NCBI GenBank assembly: GCA_010405405.1
Contig: MU004236.1
Coordinates: 1,618,070 to 1,682,069, forward strand
From: Microthyrium microscopicum
Lineage: Eukaryota
Reading direction: 5' to 3'
DNA: 64,000 bases
Every line of letters begins with the position of its first letter. Position 1 is the first letter of the stretch. The position numbers and the translations under genes are program-made. Below the pieces are notes generated by a model. That model had not been told where the DNA came from. It did not search any database and was given only the letters and a program-made list of their open reading frames with translations. This document shows positions 35,601-49,079 of the stretch, in pieces.

Positions 35601-38600
35601 TTTTTTAACTTCTCTTAGTAGCGCTTTAACATAACTAAAGAGAGGTTACTAGTAAGTTTCTAGCTTACTTTAGACATAAGGTAGTTTTTTTACTTTACTT
35701 TATAATAATAGGTACTATCTTTATTAACTTTATATCTAATTATGCCTTTAACCTTATAGTAATTAATCTCTTTAAGGTCTAAGGTTTCCTAAGATAAGAC
35801 TATTTACTATAAGAAGCATATATTAGGTATATATTATTATAATAAGGAAATATAGAAAACGTTATAAACTAGAGCGCCCTTAAGTAAATTAATATAATAT
35901 ATATTATAATTAATAACCTTTATTACTTTAAAAGAGCTTATATACTTAATATCTAATTTCTTTTTAGACTTAGCTATTCTAATATTCTTTATATTAAATA
36001 GAACTTAGTTATTTACCTTTAAGGTAACGTCCTTATAACCTTTATTATAGTATTTAGCTTATAAGGTTTAAACATTCTCTAAATAAGCCTAAAGAGCTCT
36101 CTAAAGAGATAAAATATATTCTACTAGTTCCTTTACGTTAGGAGTAATACCTATTAGGTACTCTTTAAGTACTTTTAATATATATAAATATCTACTTATA
36201 TATACTATAAATAAAATAATACTAGTTAAGCTATATATACTATTATTATATATAAACTTAGTAAAATTAAGCTTTTTAGCCTAATTGTCCTACTCTTAGC
36301 TATAGTAGATACGTAAATAGTACTTAATCTCTTAGTTTTAATGCTCTATTTACCTATTTATTTAGGGTTAAAACGTAGTAGATAGCTTCTATTAAATTCC
36401 TAAGTAGTAGAGGAATATATTCTAAAACTTAGAAATAAATATAGAGCCTCTATTAGACATAATTATATTTAGTACGCTATAAAGTTATACTACCTTATAT
36501 AAAAAGAACTTAGTAAGATTATTTACGTCTATATCTTTATAATAAGGCACGTAATAAGCTATTTTAGTTAGTTTATAAATAACTACTATAATAGAGTTAT
36601 ATAGCTACCCTTAGAAGACGCTTAGAAGTAAGTTAGTAATAAAATTAACTATAATATCTTTTTAAGAAGCTATTAGTACTAGTAAGAGTAAAAGAAGCCT
36701 ATTTTAGCCTTATTTAATAGATATATTTTATTTATACTCTAAATAAGCTATATAGTACTCTTAGATATCTTTATTAATATTATCCTAAGTATAATAGTAT
36801 TAAATCTTCTCTAACGTCTTACGTTAGCCTTTATAGCCTCTTTCTAGGAAATTATTATAGAAACATTAAAAGACTTAAACTTTACTATCCTCTATAGTAA
36901 CCTCTATTTATAGATAGGTCTATTTATCTTCTATTAGCTTAGTAAGAAAGCTATTAAATACGTCTAACGTAGTAATAATATCTACTTCTTAAGAATTATT
37001 TCTTAAGTACTATAATAAGGTACTAATAGATATAACTAAGGTATTAATAAACCTAATTAGGTCTTTATTAAGCTTAGGGGCCTTAGATAGTTATAATTTA
37101 TCTTAGATAAAGTTTAATAAGGTATCTATAGTTCTTTTCTATTTTATATTACTTAAGAAGATATAGTTTAGTCTCTATAAGGATTTATTTATAGGGTTTA
37201 TCTTCCCTAGATAGTATTTAATATTAAACTTAAACTTAGTAAGGAAATCTACCTATCTTATATATATAGTAAAGATATTTTAGGATATATTAAGTAAATA
37301 AAAGTTTATATAATTTATTAGGACTAAGAACTTTAGAATACTATATAGGTACTTATAAAAGATCCTTATAGAGTTAATAATAGCTAGAAACTCCTACTAT
37401 AGAGTCTTATAGTAACTCTTAAGTCCTAATAGCTTCCTTAAGTAAAACGCTATAAGTTGCTATTAGCCTTCTTAGCCTAGCTTAGTTTATTTTTAGCTTA
37501 AAATACTATAGATTACTTACTTAGAGGCATCTATCTTTAGATAAGTCTTTAATATAGGATTATAGTAAGTAAGAATTAATATACGCATAAAGGTAGCCTT
37601 TAAGTTATTAAAAGATTAAATAGCTTTAAGAGGAAGATTAATAGAAACTAATTTCTTATTATATAACTATTAGCTTTTTAGGGCCTACCTTAAAAGCTTC
37701 TTAGTTAAAAAGTTTAATAGGGAAGTAATATAAGAGAAGTTAGTAATAAAACGTTAATAATAGTTTATAAAGCTAATAAACTCTCTTACTTAGTATATAT
37801 TATATAGCATTAGCTAATTTATAACTATTATAATCTATTCTAGTTCTACTATAATATTATCTAAGATTATAATATACTTAAAGTACTTAGTTTAGTCTAT
37901 ATAGAAGCTATACTTTAATAGCTTAGTATATAACTTAAACTTAATAAGTCTTTTAAGTACCTTCTTTATATATTTAATATAATCTTCTTTATTCTTAGAA
38001 AAAATAAAGATATTATTAAGATAAATAATATAAGTTACGTTAATAAAGCTATATAAGGCTTAGTTAATATACGCTTAGAAGGTAGTAGAAGCGTTAATAA
38101 GCCTAAAGAGTATTACTTAGTACTTAAAGGACCTATATTTAGTTTAGAATACTATCTTCTACTTATTACTAATATAAATATAAATATAATAGTATACTTT
38201 ATAAAGGTCTAGGCTTATAAAGAGTTTAGCTCTTAATAGTTAGTTTAGTAACTCTTTAATTAGTAATAAAGCATAATAGTCCTTAATTATAATATTATTT
38301 AGGCCTCTATAGTCTATATATAGATATAAGGTACTATTCTTCTTCTTTATAAAGATAATTAAAGCTCTAGTAAGAAACTAAGATTTATAAATAAATCCCC
38401 TCTTAAGATCTCTCTTAAAGTATTTACGCAAAACGACTAGTTTTACTTCTAATAAGCTATAAATAAGCTAATAAAGTATAGTTATACCTAGCTTAAAGTT
38501 AATAACTAAGTCCTATAAACTATATTTTACTAAATCCTATACTTTATCCTTACTAAAAGCCTCTATAAGCTCTTTATAGTAATATAATAAGTCTTATAGG

Positions 38601-41492
38601 CTAATGTAGTCTAATAAACCTACTAGATACTTAAAGAGCTAAGTAGATCTATTTTAACCTAATTAGAATAGTTCCTCTAAAGAGATAAAGCTAATCTTAC
38701 TATAGTAGTTATCTTCTAAATAAATAAAAAACAAAGTCTTAGCTTTAAAGTCTAGTAAGAGGTTCTAGTCCTTAAGCTAGGGCATCTTTATAATAATTAT
38801 ATAGTATAGTAAGTCTATAATATAAAATAATACCTTATTAGTCTTTAGAATCTTATTAAAGTTAACTACTATTACTTTAGTAGTTACTACCCTATAGATA
38901 GCTATAAGTATACTATTTAGGTACTTAGCTAACTTCTCTAAGAGATAATATATCTCTAATTAAAGCTTCTTAGCTAAGGCATAGTCTATAATATTAAAAT
39001 AGGCTCTACTATCTATTATTATACTCTATAGCATATAATCTTAGCCTACTTAATTCTAAGTAGTCCTTTATAGGACAATTTAGTACAATTTCTTTAATTA
39101 GTATACCTCCTTATTTAGAATCTTCTTATTCCTTACTACTTCTAGGACCTAAGTAATAACAACTTTATAAAAGTTACTAAGGAGGTTAAAGACTAGATTA
39201 TTCATAATAAAAGCTACAAGATTCTAATTAACTATCTTATAGCTTAGTCTTTTCTCTTAATTCCCTTTAGCTTTAAGTTAAAATACTTATAAGCTATATA
39301 GCCTACCTTATTATAGTTCTAGTACTTACCTTTACTAAGGTCGCTAAGGAATAGCTATTTAACTCTAGGCGTTATATTACTCTTTAGTTTATCTAGCTTT
39401 AAAGCCCTATTAAGAAAGCTTAGTCTAGACTTCTTTAACTTATTCCTCTAAGAACCTTATTAAGTCTTATCTTCTAAATCTATAAATATTAAACGCTATT
39501 TAGAGGATTTACTATCTCTAGTATCTTTCTTAGAAGTAGTTAGTATCTTTTAGTTACTAATAAGTCTTAAATACTTTAAAATATATTAAGATAAGGCTTC
39601 TTTAGCTATCTTAACTATATAGTCTAGGTTAAAGATTATATTATTTCTAAGGCAAGTAGATAGTCTATTACTAAAGAATAATAAGCAAATTAATACGTTA
39701 TTAATCTTATACTTATAAAAAAGAGGCATAAGCTTATTAAAATATTCTTAGAGAGTCTTTTCCTCTATTATAGTAGTTAGGAAGCTCTAAAAGGCCTTAT
39801 AACGCCTCTTAATAAGTAGACTAAGGAGTTTAAGGGCCTATTATTCTATAAGGGCCTATATAGGTTTATATTAGTCTAGTTTAGCTAACTAGGTCTAGAA
39901 ATTAACGTAATTATCCTAAGTAGGTTATACAACCTTCTTATTAAGGTAATTATAAGCTTAAAGAACTACTAAGTATAGGTCCTCTTTATATTTCTTTATA
40001 GTAAGTATATTAGTTATATTAAAGACCTAATCTTTATACTCTTATAGACTTTTAGCTTTATATATCTATAATTTATTACTACTATAAGCTAATTTAGAGC
40101 TATTATATTTAATATAGGCCAAAATAGCTAGGCTAGCATTATATTAACCCTATTTATTAATCTATTTAACTAAGCAAAGTTCTCTACGTTTATAAGCTAC
40201 TTTTATTACTTTAAGTTATTTAATCTTAAGTATATTACGTATTTACTATATTTTAACTTATAGCTATTCTAGCGTCTCTTTTATATTTACTACTAGTTTT
40301 AGATAAGCTTATTCTATATTAGTAAGATTACCTATAGAGCTACTTAGTCCTACTAGTATTAGTATAGCTATATCTAGTATAACTAGATTTAGTTTAGCTA
40401 GTTTCACTCTAGGGGCCTTACTCTTAAGTTTCGTTAGTTTATTACTTATAACTAATTATAGTATTTTAAAGAAAAAGCTTTATAGGCACTCTATATTATA
40501 GATCCTCTCCATTGAGATCTCTTTATAAGATCTTTAGCATCCCCGTTACGTAATACTAAGGGCTTAGCGCCCAAGGTTTAGCTAGCATAGAGCTTATCTC
40601 CTACTAGTCCTAATCCCTCTTCTAGATTCTCTATCTTAGTTTTCTTAAATTATATTTATATTTAGATTACACCCTTATATCTATAGCTCCCTAATATAAA
40701 ACTAAGACTACTCTAATATTTAAAAACCTATTTTTAAAACGCGCCTACTAATATCACAAGATTTAATAGTTTACGTATTTAAATTTTATTATTCTATATA
40801 AAAATAAGTCTCTAGACCTACGAGAATAATAACCCTACTAGCGTAAAGATTTACGTATAAGGACTAAATAGCTCTATAAGCATAGACTAATTAATAATTA
40901 AGGAAAAGATCTTAGCGTCTTCTACCCTATATTTACTAGACCTATAGTAATAGCTTTATCTTATATTTATATCTCCTTCTATATACCTAAATTAATAGTA
41001 ATAAACCTAAACTAAGAATTACTCTTAATTAAAGCGCCTAAACCCTATCCTAAACTAGCTACTCTAACGAAGCAAATTATTTAAAAGGCATTAGCTAATC
41101 CTTACGTATTAGCGCTACCTACTTAATACTATTTAATATTACCTCTTTAGACTATATTTAGTAAACTTTCTACTAATTACTAATTAGAGACACGCATATA
41201 ATCTAAGATTTAATAATTCTAAGAAACTACTTAGTCTATAATATAATAGTTAACCCTAAAAATTTTTAATAGTAATAATAATATAGCTAAACTACCTCGT
41301 AGCTATAGTTAGTATTATCTTTCTATTTACTCTTACTATCCTTTTTTAGCCTAAGCTCTAATCCTATTAGATATTATTAAATAACCTAAAAGTAGCACTT
41401 AAAACTTATTTAAGAAGGATAAAGGTAAGAAAGTAGTATATTATAACGTATAGTTATATCTATTAGACTAAGATTAGATTAATTAGATTACC

Positions 41493-44400
41493 TATTATAG
41501 GTTAGATAACAAAGAGACAAGTTATATTATAAGCCTACTAAACAGAAAGGTAACTTAGAGAGAAAGAAGAGTCAAGAGACTCTTTAATCAAGGTGTTTAT
41601 ATATAATAGGGATAGCCTAAACGGGCATAGCTTTAGAGGGTTCAACCCTCAACATTACCCCCCTCGTCTAAAAAATTCTAGCTAAAACACTAAGTTAATC
41701 GTAAGATCCTAATCTTATCTAGCTATATCTAACGCTTACTATTCTTATAGTTCACGACGGAGTTTCTATTTATAACGCATAGATCTATACGTTCACTTTT
41801 AGGTATAAAATATAAAGCTTAAGTCATTAACTATTAGTTCTATACTAGTGTTTTGCCTATTTTAGACTAAATTCTAGGTATAAGGCCCCTTTCTTAGTAT
41901 ATAATATTAGTTCTTTTTAGTCATAATCCTATAAAGGCTACTTAATTAGCAAGTCGTCTTATTTATATTTAGTTAGAGCTTTATTACAATATTAAGAGAT
42001 AAGATTAGAAGAACGTAACTATGATTAAGTTATTATGCTTCTACTTATACATTTAGAGAGTATAAAGTAATATCGTTCTACAGAGTTAACTATTCTTCCT
42101 TTATTATACTTTAAACAAGCTTCTTCTCTTTTAATTAGTCCTTATTAAGTTTCTTCTTCCTTACTTAATTAATTAATTAATTAATTAATTAATTAATTAA
42201 TTAATCTATTAATTAATTAATTAATTAGGTAAGTCATTCGTCATAATAGCTATAGCCTTACTAATCGTATAGAGATAGCTACTCTAATTATTAACGCTTT
42301 TAACAATACTATTAGCTTTAATAGTTATATCCTTATTACCATTACTCCTCCTTATATACACGTTGCTAACTATAATACTCCTTAACCTTATCCGCCTACT
42401 ACGCATAAGGTAGCTATATATAAGGCTTACTAGAACGACGTAAATAAGGGCTTTTATACTCTTACCTAAGTCTTACTTCGTTATTAAAATAATATTATTT
42501 ATAACCTAAGTCCTTATCTACTAACTACTCTCATCTACTAAAAGATATACGTAGTTATTAACTACTATAATCTATAAAACTATACTTTATTTAAGGTACT
42601 TTATATTAACTAGACTATACATATTTCCTTTATTTTTCTTAGTTTATACTAACGTATTTATAGAATAAAGCTATTTATATTATAGCTAACTATCCTCCTA
42701 ATTCCTCTAACAACTATCTTAACTTATTAAACGCCTCCTCTAAGGGGTTTACTAATAGTTCATAGCCTAACGTTTATAGCATTATAATTTATTAGGATAC
42801 TTTTACTACGATTTAGTTAACTAGTAGCTAGGCTAGTTATCTTAAGGCCTTAGATATTTATTATATAAGTATCCTACAACTTAAAGGAACTAAGGTTTAT
42901 AAGGAGTAGCGTTATACTTACTACATTAACTATTCTAATTCTAAGAATTAGCTATAGTATATTAGTTATATTTAGCTTCTAGGATTTTATAATAATATAT
43001 ATTTAAACTATATCTATAATAACAATATTAGCTTAGATAAGAAATATCCTTATAATAATAAGGAGGAGGTTACTAAGGAGGATAAGAATCCTTTACTATT
43101 AACTATCTACTTTAGTCCTCCTATACCCTAAGACACTACTTAAGTTTATCTTCCTTAGTAGTAAGGATTTATTAGGCATATCTTATTTCTTTAGTTTTCT
43201 TATATTTTATAATTTTTTTAGTTTTATTTAGTAAGAAAGAAAGTCTTAGTATAGATAAAAGAAAAGTATTTTTATACGTAGGTTATAAATAGCACCTCTA
43301 ATTATATCTCTATAGAGTTAATTACTATAATAGAAGAGCTAGTTTTTAATCTTAGTTATACTTAAAGAATAGACTAGTTTAGTATTAATCTTTTATAATT
43401 ATCTTATACGTGCTTTATCTTCTCTATCTACTTTACGTAGGCTTCTAACTATTTAATAAAGTTAATTAATTCTTTCGTTATATCTAGATAACCTACCTAT
43501 TTAATAATATAGACTATATAGAGTTTACTCTTTATTATCTTCTTATATTTTTTAGCTATAATTTCCTTTACTAGCTACTCTTCTTATTCTTCTTTATCTA
43601 AGTCCTTAACTAAGATTAATAGTAGATAAGAATTATTAGCGTCTTAACTTAAGAATAAGTTATCTATTACTAGTCTAAGTAGATTAATATAGAATTTCTT
43701 AGTTCTCTATAGCGTATTTAGTATAATTATATATAAGCTTACTATCTTTATAACTTAGAACTTAGAGTAATAATAATTAAACTTCTTCTTTACTTATTTA
43801 GTCTTAGTATTCTTTAGGTCTAGCTAGACCTAATTACTAACTTTATACTTAGGCATTTAGATTCTTATTTAGTTAACTTATTCCTATATCCTTTCTTAAG
43901 TAAAGGTTATAATATCTTAAGCTTATTTCGTAGCTTTTAAAATTATATAAGTAGCTTCTTCCTCTTTCTCTTTTAAAGTATCCTTCTATTTAGATAAGGA
44001 AGCTTACTTAAGAAAGTCTAGGAAGGTAGAGTTTTTAAAGCTATAGGATAGAAAGAAGGATAAGAGTTCTATTATAGATAAGCATTATAAGTTAAGCATA
44101 AGTTAAAGTATTAGTATTAGTAAGAACTAGTTTAATTATATATAATTTATATATATTTATACTTTAGCTTTAATATCTAAGTTCTATCATTCTATAGAGC
44201 TATCTATCTAGAGGTAAAATATAGTTAATAGCCATAGCTCTATCCATAATAGTATATAAAACTTTATCTAAAAGTCTCCTATAAATACTAGGTCACGATT
44301 ATAGATAATTACGTTAAGAATACTATAGAAGGAATAAACGTATTATAAGAAAATAGCTATAACATCTTTAGCTTCTCTTTAAGCAAAGGAGATTAAAATT

Positions 44401-47400
44401 ACTCCTTTACTTAGCTAATTAGTAATAACTATTAAGATTATATATCCATTTAATAGAGGAAGGTTTATTATAAAATCTATAGATAGTTCTTACTATTATT
44501 AGCTTAGGATAGATAAAAGCTTTAAGAAGCCTCTTTTCTACTTACGACTAACTTTTAATTAGCTATATATACCACAATTTCTTATAAAACGCCTTATATT
44601 AGCTACAATTCCAGGCTAGAAGAAGTATAGCTATAAAGCTTAGTAAATGCCTTTATGGCTAGGATAGCCTTAAGTTAAGAACGTATAAGTTACTTATAGT
44701 ATTACTATCTATAGAAGTTCTAGATTCAAGATTTATAATCATCTTCTCTAGTAAAGACAATCCTTACTATTAATTAAGCAGTTAAGAACAAAGATCTTAA
44801 TACCTATAATTAATAGAAGAAACTTTTATCTACTAGCTCTAATTATCTAATAGGCTACTTAATAGATATTATTAGCCTACACTACCTTATTCTACTAAGT
44901 TACTAATAGTTTAAGGACATTTAGTATTAGTAGTAGTAAACTAAGAATTAAAGCTTTATTAGCTAGTAGAGTCTCTATTAATTTATCTTTAACCACTATA
45001 GGAAGAGTAGTAATATAGATAGGCAAGGCTTATAGTAGTTTAAGTAATTAATCTCCTTAGATACAAAGTAGTTAGAAAGTTCTAGCTTAGATTCTCTTAT
45101 TAGCTACGTCCTAGAGCATATCTTATTTATAATAAAAGAGACTATCTACTATGCTATTTTGTAGGCCTAGTTAGTACTTAATTATTATATTATACTTTAT
45201 AAGTTTAATAGACTATTAGACGTACTTTTCTATAAGCTTCTATAGTTTTATAAAATACTCTAGGTTCTTATAATTAAATATTACTTTAAACTTCTTTACT
45301 ACTTATAGCTCTAAGTCCTATTCTTCTAGAGCAAGCATAATTATAAGTATCTCTTTATTATAAATTAGGTAGTTATTTTAAGCAAAGTTATACTTTTTAA
45401 AGAAATAGGCTACTAATTAAAACTTACTTATCTTATTCTTTTATACTAGTATAGCTCTTAAAGAGTAACTAAAGGAGTTAATATAGATAAGAGTCTTTCT
45501 ATTATAGTTAAATAAGGCTAGTATTTAGTTAGTAGTAAAGAGCTATTTTAGCTCCTTAAACGTAGCTCTCTCTAGGTCTTTAAATAAGAAGGGAACGTCC
45601 TTCTAGGTAAGTTAAATAAGAGGTTTTATAATTATTTAAAAGTTTAGTATAAACCTATAATAGAAGTTAGCAAAGCTAAGGAAAGCTTAAACTCTACAAA
45701 CGTTCTTAGGAGCCTTCTATTCTTAGATTGCTTTAACTTTAGCTAAGTCTATTAAGATTCCTTATCTAGCCTTAATAATATAGCCTAGGTATATTATCTA
45801 AGTAGTTATAAATTTATACTTCTAAATATTAAGGTAGAGTCTTACTTTTTATAGCTACTTAAAGACTTTATAGACGTAGACCTTATATTACTTCCTAGTA
45901 CTTAAGCTAAAAATTAAGACGTTATCTAAGTATATAGAAACGTAGTTATCTAAGATATCCTAAAGGATAAAGTTAATAAACCTTTAAAAGGTACTTAGAG
46001 TATTTAATAACCTAAACAATATTACTATTTATTTAAATAAGCTATATTATATCTAAAAGGTTATCTTTTACTTATTACTTTTATATATCTAAATCTTATA
46101 AAATGCTTAAAATACGTTTAGCTTAGTAAACTATTATACCTTTCCTAAGGTATTTAGTATTTTATAGATAAGTAATAAGAGGTAATAGTCCTTTATAATT
46201 AACTTATTTAACGCGTAGTAGTTATAATAAAACTAAATTAATTTATCTACTTTATAAATAAAGAGAACTAATACTCTAGTAGGCAAGTTACTTACTTAAA
46301 TAAACTTACTTTCTAGTAGATTATTAAGGATTCTTCTAAGAGCTAGTAATTTATCTTAATTTATAAGGTATAATACCTACTAAGATAACTAAGGTTTCTT
46401 TTTATTAGCGTCTAGGATTAGGTTAATCTTATAGTCTATAAAAAGGCCTTAGATAGATAGCTATTTATTAGCTAGCTCTCTTTAAAAGAGGTTAAGGTAA
46501 TCTAAATACTATTTAGGAAGCTTCCTATAAGGATTAATATACTTCTTTAGAGTAAGAGCTTTTTATAAGTCATAAAGACTTATAGTAAAGACTTATACGA
46601 TTAATATTAAGCCTTCTTAAGACTATCTTATCTACTTTCTAGCTTATTAGGTAAGTATCTTAAATACTATAGCCTTAATTACTATATAGTTATACTTCTT
46701 TTAAGGAGTCTTTAGACTTATAACTATATAACCTATTTTATTAAAGACTAGCTTCTTAGGTTTTATATAGAGAATAATATCCTATTTTTTTATCTAAGGT
46801 AGGCTAAGGATTATATTATAGCCTAAGGTCTCTTTTACTATAAAGGCTTAAATAGTTTCTTTATAGCCTTTAATATTAATCTTTATAATTACTATTTTAT
46901 AGATTTCTTTAACCTTACTATTTATCTTTTTAATAGGAATTACCTAAGATAGCAATATACGTTCAAGTTTACGTCTTTAAGTAAAGTAGAGATTTATAAA
47001 GAAATAGGTTAAGTAGCTACTATTAATAAAGCCTATATACAAAGAAAGTTAATTTACTATTAAAAGTATTAAAAAGGGCTTTATAACTATATCCTAAATA
47101 AAGAACTTCTAACGCTATCCTAAAATAATATTTTTATAATTTTCTAGCTTAGTATTACGTCTTTAATCTAAGCTTGCTAGTTTTCTAATTCTACGTTAGT
47201 AACATTATATAGATTATTATAAAGGTTATTATTTCTTAACTAAGTAATAGTAGCCCTTACTAGCTAGCTACTCTAGGGGACGTTTAGAGTATTAACAACA
47301 CTAGCCTAGAATCTACTAGTATTATCCCATAGGCATCTACCTCTAATAGTACCTCCTCTACCTTATCCTTATCTATAGCTAGCCTAGCTATAAAAGGAAT

Positions 47401-49079
47401 TCTAACTTCTAAATAACGCTTAGGGCGCCTATTTATAATCCTAAATCCTATAATTAGCTAAGCCATAGCAAAAATAAAGGTTATTTTGCTTATAATAGTT
47501 ACGCTAGGCTTAGCTAGCTCTAACCTAAACGCCTTCTATTACGTCTAAGTCCTAATTCCTAAATAGTTAACTCTACTAAGCACTTATTTTAGCGCTTAGG
47601 CCTCTTAAACTACAATAGCTTATATAGGCTTAAACTATTTAATCCTAGGTCTCTAAAGCTTCTTAGGTAAAGGTATCTAAATTATTAAGCTAGGAGTAAG
47701 TAATTAGGACTATCCTAAGACTAAAATCTATAGCGTTTTTTAAGAACTATATCTAAATAAGGGCAGCCTAAAATTATACTCTAGTATAGACAAGATACTA
47801 TTAAAACTTAGCCTAAAAGATTCTCTATTCTTTACCTCCTTACTAGATCCCTTAGAGGTTTACTAAAGCTCTTATTTCTTTATATAGATTATAAAAGAAA
47901 AAGTTTATCTATTCTATAAACTTACTAAAACTTATAATACTATAGCTAGTAGGATTCTAAATCTAGGGAAGAACTCATTAAGTAGCATCTTCTATAAGCT
48001 AGCTAAATATATAGTAGATTTAGGCATAGTCATCTATATAAATCTATTTATTAATATACAATTTCGCTTTAATCATTTAGTAAAAACTAGGATAAAGAGT
48101 TAGGTCCTTATATAAATATCGTTCTAAGTTTAGGAAAGCTAGTCAAAGGTTTTATAGTAGTAATTAAAGTAGCTTATATTAAGCAGCTAGAAAATTTATT
48201 AAAAGAGGTAAAAGAAGAGCTACTAATTTAGCTATCATAATTAGAGTCTAAAGAAGATTAGCTTATAAAATTAGAGAAGAGTAATAGCTATAGTTAGAGG
48301 TTTCTTTAGCAAAGGGTACAACTAGTATTAAAGAAAGAGTTATACTAGGCATTATAGATTTCCTTTAGAGTTATTCCTATTCTTACTACTACTACTAGGT
48401 TAGCATCTTATAAGTAGTATTATTTACTTATTATACAAGGATCTTACTACTAGTACAAATATTAGTAAGCTATTCATTCTAGCTATTAACTTAGGCCTAG
48501 AGTTTAGTATAAACTACTACAATTTATTATACATTCTTATTTAATTATATACAAATTTTACTAGTTAACTTATTTAGTTATTATAAGGCTTATCTATAAC
48601 TAGTAGTAGTTATACATAATTATAAAATAGATAAATTAAGCGTATCATTAAGTAGTAAAATACTATTTATTACTTATTACAAGTTATTATTAGTTACCTT
48701 CTAAGATACGTCTAAGTAGTTCTATAGCTCTATCTATTATTAGTTAATATACGTAAAGTACGCTTCTACGTTCTTACAAGTAAAGCCCTTAAAGGACGTT
48801 TCTCCATCTTATCTAGCAGTCATTAGGTAAGAGGAATCTTAGTCTACCATTCTAGCTATTTATTAATAGACGAAGAGGAAGTAGGTAAAAAGAAAAGTTA
48901 GTTTTAAAGTTACCTAATATTATAGGTTAGATAACAAAGAGATAAATTATATTATAAGCCTACTAAATAGGAAGGTAACTTAGAGAGAAAGAAGAATTAA
49001 AAGACTCTTCAATTAAGGTATTTATATACAATAGAGGTAGCCCAAACGGGCATAGCTTCAGGGGGTTTAACCCCCAACA
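41493..49079 (-). mobile_element. Ty3/Gypsy element E (7587 bp), nested in the 5' leader of D
   Basis: 162-bp LTRs at 41493-41654 and 48918-49079 (both end CAACA); perfect TSD TTACC; reverse PPT TTACCCCCCTC at 41655; minus-strand RT YLDNV (=YLDDV) at ~45919-45933. Confidence 0.93.
42165..42227. repeat. (TTAA)n microsatellite inside element E
   Basis: About 15 TTAA units with one AATCTATT interruption. Confidence 0.9.
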
